Source of the DNA: Planctomycetia bacterium | GTDB lineage: Bacteria; Planctomycetota; Phycisphaerae; Phycisphaerales; SM1A02 | Length of the DNA: 58,654 bases | Assembly: GCA_005799205.1 (NCBI GenBank) | Contig: SYHM01000181.1 | Coordinates: 1 to 58,654 of the forward strand | Reading direction: 5' to 3' | Part shown: in pieces, positions 9,118 to 19,281 of the stretch | How positions within the stretch are numbered: position 1 is the first letter of the stretch | Layout of the letters: every line of letters starts with the position of its first letter | Position numbers and translations under genes: made by a program | Notes under the pieces: generated by a model | Database searches by the model: none | Told to the model about the DNA's origin: nothing | What the model saw: the letters and a program-made list of their open reading frames with translations, nothing else

Positions 9118-10790
9118 GGACGGCGAGTGAACGATCCGAAGTCAGGGGAACGCTTCTCGAGATAGGCGTGATGCCCCTCTTGTCCTTCCGCGGTCATGTA
9201 ATAGAGAAGCGTTGCGTTCCCCGCGAGTTCCTGTAGGCCGGCCTGCCCATCGCAGTCTGCATTGAGCGCAGCTTTCAGGCAGCGAATCGCGAGTGGCGAC
9301 TTCGAAAGAATCTCACGCGCCCACTGCACCGTTTCGCTCTCGAGTTGCTCGAGCGGCACAACGCGGTTGATGAGACCCATCTCAAGTGCTGCCGCTGCGT
9401 CGTACTGCCTGCAGAGAAACCAGATCTCGCGCGCCTTCTTTTGCCCGACGAGGCGCGCCATGTAGGACGCTCCGAATCCGCCATCGAATGATCCGACTTT
9501 CGGACCCGTCTGCCCAAAGACCGCGTTCTCTGCTGCAATCGTCAAATCGCACACCATGTGCAGGACATGACCCCCTCCGATGGCGTAGCCAGCCACCATT
9601 GCGATCACTGGCTTCGGGCAAGTGCGAATCTCACGTTGCAAATCAAGCACATTAAGGCTCTGCGTTCCATCAGCGTCGGCATACCCAGCCTCGTGCCGAA
9701 TCCGCATGTCACCGCCAGAGCAGAAAGCGAGCGGACCCTCTCCCGTCAGAATGATCACGCCGACACTCGCGTCGTATCGGGCAAGACGAAGTGCGCTTCG
9801 CATCGATTCGACCGTCTGAGGGCGAAAGGCATTCCGCACCTCTGGTCTACAAATAGTGATCTTGGCGATCCCCTCTGCGAGTTCATAACGAATGTCTTGA
9901 AACTCACCAGCGGCGATCCAATTGACGCTGGGACTGGTTGGTGTGTGTGTGTGCATTGATCTGGTCACGAGCTGTGCGAGTTGACTGGGCTGTTCGATGT
10001 GGACTGCATGACCACACTGCGGAATCACTGCCGATGCGAGGCCACTTGCATGGGCGCGGGATTCGAGTTCACAGTACTTGCGATCCTTCGATCCGACGAT
10101 GAACACAACTTGGTCTCGAATCGCCAAGAGCGCATCCCACCTCGAGGGTGCGGTACCAGGTGAGCACCCCGCCACCACGCGCCCCCACATCGCGGCAGCG
10201 TCTCCACGGGCCAACGCTGCGGCGCGCTCGCGGATAAACCCACCGAATGCGTCCCGCGAGCGCAGCGCATCGAATAGTGGCTGTTCATACCACTTGTCGA
10301 GAAACGTCCTCGCGAGCGACTCACGCTCACCTGCGTGCGCACGAGCGACTGTCGTGAGCTCATGCGAGTGCATCGCATCGCGTGTTGTGCGGGCAGCACG
10401 TTCAGCAGACCCTTCAAGGCCAGGATCGGTACTGACGAGCACAATGCGTTCACCGGGCTGAGGGGCGATCGAGGCCATCGCGAGCGCAACCCGACCTCCG
10501 AGCGAGTAACCGACGATGTCATAGCCATCGCGTGTGCGCGGATCACTTCGCAGGCTCCTGCGAATTTCGCGAGCCAGTTCGTCGAGGCCAATGATCGCAT
10601 GCTGACCCTCTCGAGCGACGATGCCTCGTGCAGCGTCAAGGAGCTCGACCCGCACCACACCAGTCGAACCGCCATGAGTGCACGCCGCAAGGCTCTTCTC
10701 AAACGCATCCCAGTCACCTGGCGATCCGAGGAATCCATGAATCGCCGCAAGCGGTCGGCCTGGCTGGCTGCTCCCAATCGACCTACTCAC
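9114..10790 (-). CDS. menH/menB: Single ORF encoding MenH (SHCHC synthase, alpha/beta hydrolase, aa 1-278) fused in frame to MenB (naphthoate synthase, crotonase fold, aa 279-558)
   Basis: N-terminal half: [11 protein letters not shown], nucleophile elbow [27 protein letters not shown]-terminal half: [48 protein letters not shown]. In-frame ATG at 9954-9956 sits exactly where a stand-alone MenB would start. Confidence 0.85.
   Translation of the reverse strand: MSRSIGSSQPGRPLAAIHGFLGSPGDWDAFEKSLAACTHGGSTGVVRVELLDAARGIVAREGQHAIIGLDELAREIRRSLRSDPRTRDGYDIVGYSLGGRVALAMASIAPQPGERIVLVSTDPGLEGSAERAARTTRDAMHSHELTTVARAHAGERESLARTFLDKWYEQPLFDALRSRDAFGGFIRERAAALARGDAAAMWGRVVAGCSPGTAPSRWDALLAIRDQVVFIVGSKDRKYCELESRAHASGLASAVIPQCGHAVHIEQPSQLAQLVTRSMHTHTPTSPSVNWIAAGEFQDIRYELAEGIAKITICRPEVRNAFRPQTVESMRSALRLARYDASVGVIILTGEGPLAFCSGGDMRIRHEAGYADADGTQSLNVLDLQREIRTCPKPVIAMVAGYAIGGGHVLHMVCDLTIAAENAVFGQTGPKVGSFDGGFGASYMARLVGQKKAREIWFLCRQYDAAAALEMGLINRVVPLEQLESETVQWAREILSKSPLAIRCLKAALNADCDGQAGLQELAGNATLLYYMTAEGQEGHHAYLEKRSPDFGSFTRRP
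9941..9953. repeat. (GT)6G dinucleotide microsatellite inside the MenH-MenB linker (encodes HTHT on the minus strand)
   Basis: Read directly: gtgtgtgtgtgtg at 9941-9953, immediately 3' (minus-strand sense) of the internal ATG at 9954-9956. Confidence 0.9.
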
Positions 10791-12682
10791 TGTGATCCTC
10801 GCGTCACCTCGCGAGGGTGCTCGCAGCCAAGGTCCAGTGAGTCGAGTCGCTCACGAATCGCCTGCTGCAGCACACGGTGGAAGAGGTGGTTCTCGTTTCG
10901 CTCAGTGCGCACCTCAATGAGAGTTGAGACTCCGTTGGTATCCGCCCGCACCCGCGCTGTCTTGAGAACTTCGAGTAGCCCGCCCCGAGTCTCGGGAGCG
11001 TCATAGTGCAATCCAAATGCGAGTGCGATTGCGCGAAAGTCTGTGCCATGTGGCGCCGACGACCATGGGTCGAGCAGCGTTGGAAACTCCGCGAGTGGAA
11101 GGAAGTGAAAGATCCCACCGCCACCATTATTGACGAGAACGATGACGAGAGGAACTGGAGACTCTCTCACGAGTGCGAGCGATCCAACGTCGTGAAGCAG
11201 CGAGAGGTCACCGAGGTGCACCCATGTCGGCGTCGCAGTTGCACGCGCGTGACCAACCGCTGTGGCGATCAATCCGTCGATGCCGCTTGCCCCCCGATTC
11301 ACGGCAACGGTCAACCGACCATCGCTGCGCGCCGCGTGCATATCAGCATCTCGAATCGGCATGCTGTTACCGACAAGCAGCGTCACTGCCCCAGCCTCGT
11401 CATGACTCGCGCAGTGCGCCGTGACGATCCGCGCGGCGGATGGTTCATCGAGCGCATCGCCACGCGTGTCGAGTTGCGCTGCAAGGAGTCGCTCAACCTC
11501 GCGCTGTGCGCGCAACCACTGGGCCGCATACCCGCTGCACCCAACCTTGTTCGCAATGGAGTGCGCAGAGTCGAGCGTCGCTAGGGCGCGAATCTCAGTT
11601 GCTTCGAGGTGCAGTTCGGCAGACACCCTGTGCAAGGGGTCGATCCGCTCTGGGCCCTCCCGAATCAGAATCGCGCGCGCACCTCGCTGCGTTGCGGCAT
11701 CGCACAACTCGCCGATGCGACGAGACGACACTCCTCCTCCAATATGAACGATGCACTCTGGGTACAAGTGCTCGCAGGCGCTCTGCGAAAGTGCGATGAG
11801 ATCACCGTGGGCAACAATCGAAAGGTCACTGCATCCATGGCGCAGTCCGCATCCAACATCAGCGATCACGGGGCATCCGAGCGCACGCACCAAGACGCGC
11901 GCGGCGGCACGCATCGCTGGCGAGTAGAGCGCGCCGACGACCACCAGAGTCCGCGATGCGCTTCCAACTTCGCTCGCAATCCGTTGGACGATGGCATCAC
12001 GCAACCCTTCAGCACTGCACGGCGCCTCAAGCGGTCGGCGCCACGGGACACCGCTTTCGATCCAACGAGAGATCGAGGCGAGTTCGCTGCGATCCCATGG
12101 CTCACTCCTCGGCGCGAGCGGCTCGCGAAACCTCCAGTTGAGATGCACTGGACCGGCCGGACGTGTCGGACCATGCGCGCGGTGCCACGCTTCGTCGATC
12201 GTCGAAAGAATCCAAGGCAATTCGATCGCACCATCAGCGCAGGGCACATCGAACGTCCACCGCGCGAACGAACCAAAGAGCTGACTCTGCGCAATGCTCT
12301 GATTCGCGCCGCACTCCTGCAACTCAGCGGGTCGGTCTGCGCTCACGATGATCATCGGCGTTCCGGTCTTCGAGGCTTCAACGACCGCCGGCAGCAGGTT
12401 TGCTGCAGCCGTTCCGGAGGTCGTGACGACAAGCGCTGCATGTCCTGTCGCACGCGCCGCGCCGAGTGCGACGAACCCAGCGGCTCGCTCATCGTGTGCG
12501 ATCATCGACTTGACCCGTGCGCAGCGCGCGATCGCGTGCGCGAGCGGAGCGCTTCGAGAGCCAGGACAGACCACCGCGAGCGAGAGGCCAAGTCGGCCCC
12601 ACTCAGTCACCGCGAGGTCTGTCCAGAGCGTGTTGCGATTCGGCGATGCGGCGAGGTCGATGGTCAGCGGTTGCACGGTCAT
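10787..12682 (-). CDS. menD: SEPHCHC synthase (ThDP-dependent)
   Basis: N-terminal WTDLAVTEW...[26 protein letters not shown]-terminal NRGASGIDG and [10 protein letters not shown]. 4-nt overlaps with both neighbours. Confidence 0.88.
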   Translation of the reverse strand: MTVQPLTIDLAASPNRNTLWTDLAVTEWGRLGLSLAVVCPGSRSAPLAHAIARCARVKSMIAHDERAAGFVALGAARATGHAALVVTTSGTAAANLLPAVVEASKTGTPMIIVSADRPAELQECGANQSIAQSQLFGSFARWTFDVPCADGAIELPWILSTIDEAWHRAHGPTRPAGPVHLNWRFREPLAPRSEPWDRSELASISRWIESGVPWRRPLEAPCSAEGLRDAIVQRIASEVGSASRTLVVVGALYSPAMRAAARVLVRALGCPVIADVGCGLRHGCSDLSIVAHGDLIALSQSACEHLYPECIVHIGGGVSSRRIGELCDAATQRGARAILIREGPERIDPLHRVSAELHLEATEIRALATLDSAHSIANKVGCSGYAAQWLRAQREVERLLAAQLDTRGDALDEPSAARIVTAHCASHDEAGAVTLLVGNSMPIRDADMHAARSDGRLTVAVNRGASGIDGLIATAVGHARATATPTWVHLGDLSLLHDVGSLALVRESPVPLVIVLVNNGGGGIFHFLPLAEFPTLLDPWSSAPHGTDFRAIALAFGLHYDAPETRGGLLEVLKTARVRADTNGVSTLIEVRTERNENHLFHRVLQQAIRERLDSLDLGCEHPREVTRGSQ

Positions 12683-14193
12683 GAGCCCATGACCAGCCGT
12701 GGGAGTCGGGTTGTGGCCGTGTGCACATCGTCCGTGCGAGCGCGCGCAGTCTCACGGGATGCCGGCGCCAGCCCCTCGTTCGCCGCGCGCACGACCAGCG
12801 CATCAAACGCTGAGAGCTTGCGCTCGGTTTCGAGCCACTCAGCGTCGGCATCAGACCCCCGCACAATTCCTGCCCCTGAGTATGCGATCATTTCGTTCGC
12901 GACGATCAATGCTGATCGAATTGCCACCGAATAGTCGCTTTGAGACGAGCTCGCCACCCCGACGATGCCCGCATACATCCCTCTGCACACGCGCTCGTGC
13001 TGACGAATGAAGTTGCGCGCGGCTTCGACTGGCCATCCACATACTGCAGGTGTTGGGTGCATTGCATCAAGGAGTGGTCGGTCATCGATCGACGCTGTGA
13101 GCACACCAGTTGCCGAGGTCCGAAGGTGCTGCACGTGTCGAAGCCGCATGACTCGAGGCGACTCATCGCAGGTCAGTTTCATTACGAATGGCGCGAGAAC
13201 CGACTCGACATGTCGAATCACGATCTCATGTTCGCGGCGGTTCTTGTCACTCGATAGCAAGCGGCCAGCCAACCGATCATCGGCGGCGCCATCAGGCCCT
13301 CGCCCGCACGTACCCGCAAGCGCCTCGCTCTGCACCTCGTGTCCAGAGCGTCGGAAGAGGCGCTCAGGACTTGCGCCCACGAATGCTTCGCCACCACTGC
13401 TCTCAATGAGAAAATGAAACGCCGCAGGCTCTTCTTGCATCAGCGCCCCAAGCACCGCGCATGGGTCGATCGACTCAATTGCGCTGTAGCCGCGCGTTCG
13501 AGCGAGGACTACTTTTTCGAGTGACCCCGCTGCAATCGCTCCGAGCGCCGCATCGATGCCATCGGCCCACTCGACCGGATCGCCATCCGAACTGACCCGC
13601 AGTCCAGAGGGAAGTCTGAGGTGTTCAAGCGGGTCATGGCATCGCTCGAGCGCATCGAGCGCAGCGGATCCATCGCCGACGAAGTGGACGGCGAGCACAC
13701 TCTCGTCTGTGCGCCGCATTTCAATGATCGGCAGCGTCACAACAGCAGAATCGAAGCCGCTCCATCGAGTTGCATCCGCGGGGAATTGGGTTGCGTCGAA
13801 AAAGTCCGCGTGAAAAAAGAATGGCTCGCAAGCGGGCTCGGTCGGCGATCCACACGGCAGGTCAGAGGCCGCCGTTGCACCATCCCTCATGATCGACTCG
13901 ACCGCTTGATGGGCCGTCCTCATCGAACTCTCGAACGCCCGTCCGACCCCTGCGACAATGAGCGAACCCTCTCGGTTTCGAAAGTACGAACGTTCCCCGA
14001 CGCCTTGCGCGGCGAGCCAACGCAGTATGTCAGTCGGGTCGATCTCTACCTCAATGCGCTGCAGTTCGTCGCAACTCTGTGCGTGTTTCGATCGCGACTC
14101 AACTGCGCGGGCCAGTACGCCGACTGCGTCTCTGAACGAAAAGCATCCGGCGAGTCGATGGCTGACGAGAGTGGTCGGGCGTCTGGGCTGCAT
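12679..14193 (-). CDS. menF: Isochorismate synthase
   Basis: Chorismate-binding motifs HPTPAVCGWP, YAGIVG, SGAGIVRGSDADAEWLETERK. ORF is open up to 14412, but the first ~70 aa look non-genic. ATG at 14193 (MQPRRP...) chosen; start uncertain. Confidence 0.8.
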   Translation of the reverse strand: MQPRRPTTLVSHRLAGCFSFRDAVGVLARAVESRSKHAQSCDELQRIEVEIDPTDILRWLAAQGVGERSYFRNREGSLIVAGVGRAFESSMRTAHQAVESIMRDGATAASDLPCGSPTEPACEPFFFHADFFDATQFPADATRWSGFDSAVVTLPIIEMRRTDESVLAVHFVGDGSAALDALERCHDPLEHLRLPSGLRVSSDGDPVEWADGIDAALGAIAAGSLEKVVLARTRGYSAIESIDPCAVLGALMQEEPAAFHFLIESSGGEAFVGASPERLFRRSGHEVQSEALAGTCGRGPDGAADDRLAGRLLSSDKNRREHEIVIRHVESVLAPFVMKLTCDESPRVMRLRHVQHLRTSATGVLTASIDDRPLLDAMHPTPAVCGWPVEAARNFIRQHERVCRGMYAGIVGVASSSQSDYSVAIRSALIVANEMIAYSGAGIVRGSDADAEWLETERKLSAFDALVVRAANEGLAPASRETARARTDDVHTATTRLPRLVMGS

Positions 14194-14338
14194 AGCAGGA
14201 TGGGAAGATCGAGTCGAGCGATGATAGGAAGGGGCGATCGAATTCCCGCCCCCCGACCAACCCTGTGAATGCCGCGTGGGTCCCGTTATCAGACATGCAC
14301 AGGAATCAGGCCTAGCGCGCTGTACGCTCACAAGTTGG

Positions 14339-15601
14339 ATGAACTTTCGACGCAGACGACGGGCGTTGCAGCATGCCGAAGCGCACATTGAGGGCGCCGA
14401 TGCGATTGACACGATTGTCGCTCACCCGTCGGTTCCGCAGGGAGCACCTGAGCTTATTGAATCGCGCGAAGCACTGACCGAGTTCATGGGCCATGTGAGA
14501 GCTGAAGGCACATTCGCCTTTGACACTGAATTCATCGGTGAAGAGACATTTGTTCCAAACATTTGTCTCGTGCAACTTTCCACGCGCTCTCGCATTGCGC
14601 TCATCGATCCCCTGTCCCTCGACGACGACGTGCTCGCGCCTGTCTGGGATGCTGTGTGTGATCCTGGGCTCACGACCATCGTGCATGCAGGCGGACAAGA
14701 CATCGGGGCCGCGCAGCGACGAACAAACCGCCAGGCGCAGTCCATCGTCGACACTCAGGTCGCGGCTGGCTTTCTCGGGATGCCGTGGCCGACCAGTCTC
14801 GCCAATGTCGTTCTGGCGATGACGAACCTGCGCCTCTCGAAGGGACACACCTTCACTGAATGGGATTCGAGGCCGCTTTCGAAGTCGCAGCTGGCGTATG
14901 CCGCAGATGATGTTCGCTACCTACCGCTGGTTTGGCAATTGCAGCGCGAGCGCCTTGATTCAATGAATCGAACATCGTGGGTGATTCGTGAGAGTGAGGA
15001 ATCACTGCGAACTTCTGAGGTGTTCGATCCTGAGAGTCATGTGAGGCGTGCTGCGCGAGGGCTCGGATTACGCCCTCGCGTCATGACGATTGTGCGAGAA
15101 CTTGTGATCCTTCGCTACGCCATCGCTCAAGCGAAGAATCTGCCACCACGAACCATCTTGCCTGATGGACCGCTGCTTGAAATCGCGCGGAACAAGTTCA
15201 CCACGACCGATGAGCTCGCACAGGTTCGATCGCTGCCACGTGCGACATCGCAAGAGTTTGGAGGCGAGATTCTGCGTGTCATTCACGATGCGCGACAATT
15301 GCCCATCGAACACGATCGCATCTGGATCACTCCCGAAGAAAGCGCGGATGACCGAACACGAATCGATGCGCTTTGGTCGATTATCACCATGCGCGCGATC
15401 AGCCTTGGTATCGCAACCCCGCTCGTGCTCACTCGCGCACAACTTGCTCGCTGGTTCATCGCGCGAAGCACGTCCCCTACTGCACTCTTTCCGGCTGATT
15501 CATGGCGCGATGAGGCTGTCGGTCGGTGGCTTGGTGACTTTCTCGACGGACGCGAAACTCTGAAGGTCGGGTGGCAAGCGGGTGGTTTGGTCGCGCGATG
15601 A
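14339..15601 (+). CDS. rnd: Ribonuclease D (DEDD 3'-5' exonuclease + HRDC)
   Basis: FAFDTEFIGEETF (ExoI), HAGGQDI, YAADDVRYL (ExoIII), then an HRDC-like region. Start uncertain (14276 or 14339). Confidence 0.8.
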   Translation: MNFRRRRRALQHAEAHIEGADAIDTIVAHPSVPQGAPELIESREALTEFMGHVRAEGTFAFDTEFIGEETFVPNICLVQLSTRSRIALIDPLSLDDDVLAPVWDAVCDPGLTTIVHAGGQDIGAAQRRTNRQAQSIVDTQVAAGFLGMPWPTSLANVVLAMTNLRLSKGHTFTEWDSRPLSKSQLAYAADDVRYLPLVWQLQRERLDSMNRTSWVIRESEESLRTSEVFDPESHVRRAARGLGLRPRVMTIVRELVILRYAIAQAKNLPPRTILPDGPLLEIARNKFTTTDELAQVRSLPRATSQEFGGEILRVIHDARQLPIEHDRIWITPEESADDRTRIDALWSIITMRAISLGIATPLVLTRAQLARWFIARSTSPTALFPADSWRDEAVGRWLGDFLDGRETLKVGWQAGGLVAR

Positions 15602-16863
15602 GTCACTGGACCCCCCAACCTCCCACCCCTTCGAGCTTGGGCGATCACGCCGTCGCACTTGACGGAACACACCTTGCTGGCAAACGAATCGCGCTGCTGA
15701 TCACTGGTGGAATCGCGGCGATGAAAGCGCCGATGCTCGCGCGTGCCCTCCGCCGGCAAGGAGCCGAGGTCACAGCATTCGTCTCTGACGAAGGACTTCG
15801 GTTCGTGACTGCCGAGACGCTCGCATGGAGCACCGACCGTCCCGTGGTCTCGTCGCTCGGTCCACGCGCCGAACACCTCTCTGATTCGGAACAGTTCCAC
15901 GCTTATCTCGTCGCCCCGGCGACGTACAACACGATCAACAAGATGGCATGCGGGATCGCCGACGGGCCACTCACCGCAACGCTCGCCTCTGCGCTCGGCC
16001 GCCTTGAACGAGGAGCGTGTGCGGTGCTCGTCTGCCCGACGATGCATGGCTCGATGCATACGCGCATCCTGACGGAGAGCCTTGAGCGACTGCAGCGGTT
16101 CGGCGTGACGGTGGTGCCTCCACGCGATGATGCTGGCAAGCATGCGCTGCCAGATGAGATTCCAATCGTGGTGGCTGTCTCGCGCGCAGTCTCGTGCTCG
16201 CCACTCCGTGGCGTGCGCGTGCTTGTGACTGGCGGTCCAGTGCCTTCGGTGCTCGACGCGGTCCGCCGTCTTGGCAGCCGATTTACTGGAGCGCTTGGCG
16301 TCGAGATCGCCAAAGAACTGACCTACTGCGGAGCAGATGTCGACCTCATTCTTGGGGCTGGAAGCGTCGCTGCCCCTGCGTGGATTCACTCGCGAGTCGC
16401 TCATGATGTCGATGAGTACCGCGCGCTCGTTCTCGAAACGCTTGCACGAACGACTCATCACGCTGCGGTCCTCAGCGCGGCTGTGAGTGACTTTGCTCCC
16501 GCCGAACCACGCACCGGCAAGGTGAAGACCTCGGATGGTCCGTGGGATGTGCGGCTACAGCCAACCTCGAAGGTCATTGATGCTGTGCATCACGACTTTC
16601 CAGGAGTCCATCTTGTTGGATTCAAGTACGAAGAGCAGTCAACCCACGACGCCCTGATGGCAATCGCGCGAACACGAGCAGCAGTTCATGGTGCATGTGT
16701 AGCGAACCGCGGCGAAGAAGTCGGCCGCGGCTGCGCGCACGTTGCCTGGTTGGTGGCTCCTGGGCATGATCCCCTTCGAATGGAAGGGAAGCCTGCGATT
16801 GCGACTGCGATTCGCACGCACCTCGAACAACACGCTGCCACGCACCGCATGGCACACACCTGA
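15598..16863 (+). CDS. coaBC: Bifunctional phosphopantothenoylcysteine decarboxylase / phosphopantothenate-cysteine ligase
   Basis: Flavoprotein N-domain GKRIALLITGGIAAMKAPML...APATYNTINKMACGIAD; CoaB C-domain VLVTGGP...AVSDF...GKVKTS. ATG 15598 overlaps the rnd stop (ATGA). Confidence 0.85.
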   Translation: MSHWTPQPPTPSSLGDHAVALDGTHLAGKRIALLITGGIAAMKAPMLARALRRQGAEVTAFVSDEGLRFVTAETLAWSTDRPVVSSLGPRAEHLSDSEQFHAYLVAPATYNTINKMACGIADGPLTATLASALGRLERGACAVLVCPTMHGSMHTRILTESLERLQRFGVTVVPPRDDAGKHALPDEIPIVVAVSRAVSCSPLRGVRVLVTGGPVPSVLDAVRRLGSRFTGALGVEIAKELTYCGADVDLILGAGSVAAPAWIHSRVAHDVDEYRALVLETLARTTHHAAVLSAAVSDFAPAEPRTGKVKTSDGPWDVRLQPTSKVIDAVHHDFPGVHLVGFKYEEQSTHDALMAIARTRAAVHGACVANRGEEVGRGCAHVAWLVAPGHDPLRMEGKPAIATAIRTHLEQHAATHRMAHT

Positions 16864-16872
16864 GCACTGCAG

Positions 16873-17490
16873 ATGGCGAAGCGAATATGGGTCACAGCTG
16901 ACACGCACTTCGGGCATCACAACGCAATCAGTCTTTTCGCGCGTCCGATTGCCGCTGGCGATGTCGACGCGATGGACACATTCTTGCTCGACCAAATCAA
17001 CTCGCGCGTGGCGCGATCTGATCGACTGATCCACCTGGGCGATTTCACTGGTCCACGCGAGTGGAAGGGTGACGAGGGCGATCTCAGCCGACGATATGCG
17101 TCCACGCTGCGCGCGCGTATCGCCTGCAAGCGGGTCGAACTCGTGCGTGGGAATCACGATCCCGCACTCAAGCACATTCGCGAGCTCTTCGACGATGTGC
17201 ACGACATTCTTTCTTTTCGTGGATGGACCGGCGGGGACGAGCGAATCGTCTGTTGCCATTATCCACTGCGCACATGGCAAGGAATCTTTGACGGTGCAGT
17301 CCATCTGTACGGGCATACCCACGGAACATTCGATGCGCTCGGACGCAGCTGCGATGTGGGAGTCGACTGCTGGCAATATGGGCCGGTGCTGCTCGATGAG
17401 GTCATCGAGAAGGTCATTGCGCACGCGCCCCCTGGGCGCAGCGAACTCCTGCCTCGTCGCCAGCCGATGTGCGCTCCCGCTCAGAAGTAA
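16873..17490 (+). CDS. Calcineurin-like metallophosphoesterase
   Basis: Motifs WVTADTHFGH, HLGDF, RGNHD, YGHTH. Confidence 0.8.
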   Translation: MAKRIWVTADTHFGHHNAISLFARPIAAGDVDAMDTFLLDQINSRVARSDRLIHLGDFTGPREWKGDEGDLSRRYASTLRARIACKRVELVRGNHDPALKHIRELFDDVHDILSFRGWTGGDERIVCCHYPLRTWQGIFDGAVHLYGHTHGTFDALGRSCDVGVDCWQYGPVLLDEVIEKVIAHAPPGRSELLPRRQPMCAPAQK

Positions 17491-17525
17491 TCGCCGCGGC
17501 GAGTGCGTCTCTATACTCGTTTGCC

Positions 17526-17819
17526 ATGCGACCCTCCGTGAACCTCAACCGTGCCCACGCGGCGCACTACGCACTTCTTGGCGCGATCAGTGCGATTGCC
17601 TGCGGGTGTGATTCAGGGCAGTCACTTGACGATCCGGCGACGCGCCATCCGCTTTCGCACGCGGCTAACAACGCCAACGATCAAGGAGCGTGGTCTTTCG
17701 ATGGCACCAATATGGACGAGCGTTGGAGCGAAGATCCGACTGTCATGGAACCTGACTTTCCATTCGCAGGATCCCAGCCTGGATTCGGATCGCAGGGGCT
17801 CGGCAACGAAAACCCTTGA
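17526..17819 (+). CDS. Small putative lipoprotein
   Basis: LLGAISAIACGC lipobox-like signal; rest is low-complexity and acidic. No homology recognised. Confidence 0.45.
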   Translation: MRPSVNLNRAHAAHYALLGAISAIACGCDSGQSLDDPATRHPLSHAANNANDQGAWSFDGTNMDERWSEDPTVMEPDFPFAGSQPGFGSQGLGNENP

Positions 17820-17821
17820 GT

Positions 17822-17842
17822 GATCGCACACGCCGTGCGATC
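17822..17842. terminator. Perfect 8-bp inverted repeat hairpin between convergent genes (possible bidirectional terminator)
   Basis: gatcgcac-acgcc-gtgcgatc read directly. Lies between the stop at 17819 (+) and the stop at 17851 (-). No U-tract. Confidence 0.35.
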
Positions 17843-17850
17843 TCATCATG

Positions 17851-18561
17851 TCACTTGACGAGTCGGTTGACAGCGCCTGAACCCGTTGGCATCTCGGTTG
17901 TGGCGGTCCCTGGCTTCCATGACTTTGAAAAGTACGAACCGTCAGCGGCGCGCTCAATCGACGTGTGCCATCCATCGGCCCAAGCCAGTTTGGCGATCCC
18001 CTCTTCGATGCGCCAGGTTCCCTCTCGATTCGCGTCGATGTTCTTCATCGCCATGCCATCTGATCGAAGCGCGATCGTGACCTCATACTTCGGACCCGCA
18101 AGCGCCCCAGGGATTGTCCACACTCCGACGAATGGAATGGTCTCTCCCACGAGCACCACGGCCTGCCCAAAATTGTCCGGATGATCGCTCGTTGGCGCAT
18201 TCGGTGCGAGACCGGGTGCGTAACTCAGCTTCTGGTACCCCATCGGATGCGTGGTGATGACATCGCGCCACCCATCGCTGTACCGAATATCAACCGCGCC
18301 GTTGATGAGTTCCCAGCGACCATGTTCGCCAGCTGGTCCATGCTCGCCCTTCCACCATGTACTCACCGCTGCACCATCGCTCGCAAGGGTGACATTGAAG
18401 AGTTCGTTCTGAGCATCGGTCAAGGTCCATGTGGCGACAGACTCCTGCCGCGTCATCGGCCGCTGCGCGTGGCCGATGTTCGAGGCAATGACGCAACCAC
18501 TGAGCACCGCCGTCTGCGTCGTGATGAATCCAATGAGGACGAAGTTCGCGAGTCTTTGCAT
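17851..18561 (-). CDS. Putative lipoprotein with internal duplication
   Basis: MQRLANFVLIGFITTQTAVLSGC lipobox. Two similar segments: GRWELINGAVDIRYSDGWRDVIT and GTWRIEEGIAKLAWADGWHTSIE. Confidence 0.6.
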   Translation of the reverse strand: MQRLANFVLIGFITTQTAVLSGCVIASNIGHAQRPMTRQESVATWTLTDAQNELFNVTLASDGAAVSTWWKGEHGPAGEHGRWELINGAVDIRYSDGWRDVITTHPMGYQKLSYAPGLAPNAPTSDHPDNFGQAVVLVGETIPFVGVWTIPGALAGPKYEVTIALRSDGMAMKNIDANREGTWRIEEGIAKLAWADGWHTSIERAADGSYFSKSWKPGTATTEMPTGSGAVNRLVK

Positions 18562-18594
18562 GGACGAAACTCTACTGCATAGCGATGGCACCAA

Positions 18595-19281
18595 TTGCCG
18601 TACAGTCTCAGCGTGTGGCCGATTGATTATCCAGAGATTTTTGTTTCGATGCTCGCGATCGTGAATCCATTGCTAGGGATTCCGCTCTTTCTGAGCGTCA
18701 CCGAACACATGTCCACGGCGCACCGAAATCGCGCTGCGCGTGCCACGGCAATCACGGTCTTTACGGTGCTGGTCGTTTCTATTCTGGCTGGAGAGTTCAT
18801 CCTGGGGCTCTTTGGCATTAGCGTGATGGACTTCGCAATCGCTGGCGGCATTTTGATTCTCATCATGGCGATCAACATGCTGAATGCCCGATCCGATGGC
18901 GGCGCGCGCATCTCGGCGGACGAACGACTCGAAGCATCACAGCGCGCAAGTGTCGCGATCGTGCCGCTTGGGATTCCACTTCTCGCAGGACCGGGCGCAA
19001 TCTCTGCGGCGGTTATTGTCGCGGGAGTGTCGCACACGACCGCACACAAAGTGATTCTGGTGGTGCTCTGTCTCGTCATCGGTCTGTTGACTTATGTCGC
19101 GCTTCGCGCATCACGTGGAGTTTCGCGACTGCTTGGAATCACCGGAATGAACATCGTGAACCGGATCATGGGACTGCTCCTCGCAGCGGTCGCGGTGAGT
19201 TTTATTGTGCGCGGCGCGCAGAATCTCTTTCCGATCCTCGGCACCACCCCAGCGCAAGTGCAGCACTTCACTGGGGGCTGA
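18595..19281 (+). CDS. MarC/UPF0056 family integral membrane protein
   Basis: FVSMLAIVNPLLGIPLFLSVT N-terminal signature and about six hydrophobic segments. Start uncertain (TTG 18595 or GTG 18613). Confidence 0.75.
   Translation: MPYSLSVWPIDYPEIFVSMLAIVNPLLGIPLFLSVTEHMSTAHRNRAARATAITVFTVLVVSILAGEFILGLFGISVMDFAIAGGILILIMAINMLNARSDGGARISADERLEASQRASVAIVPLGIPLLAGPGAISAAVIVAGVSHTTAHKVILVVLCLVIGLLTYVALRASRGVSRLLGITGMNIVNRIMGLLLAAVAVSFIVRGAQNLFPILGTTPAQVQHFTGG

Noticed and set aside
11609-12934. 441-aa plus-strand ORF spanning the menD/menF region
   Set aside because: It lies antisense to two genes with clear family motifs. Its Arg/Ala/Ser-rich composition is typical of high-GC antisense frames, and no domain motif is recognisable.
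14194-14412. Upstream extension of the menF ORF (73 aa). Analogous extensions exist for SulP (20984-21136), ftsY (57264-57452) and the Spy-like protein (33245-33340).
   Set aside because: The extensions have atypical composition, would overlap divergent or upstream genes or promoters, and homologous proteins start near the chosen internal start codons. Exact starts remain uncertain.
15283-16461. 392-aa minus-strand ORF over rnd/coaBC. Similar long antisense ORFs occur at 2152-3177 and 21270-22235.
   Set aside because: Each is opposite a well-supported gene, has no motifs, and shows the composition of an antisense artefact.
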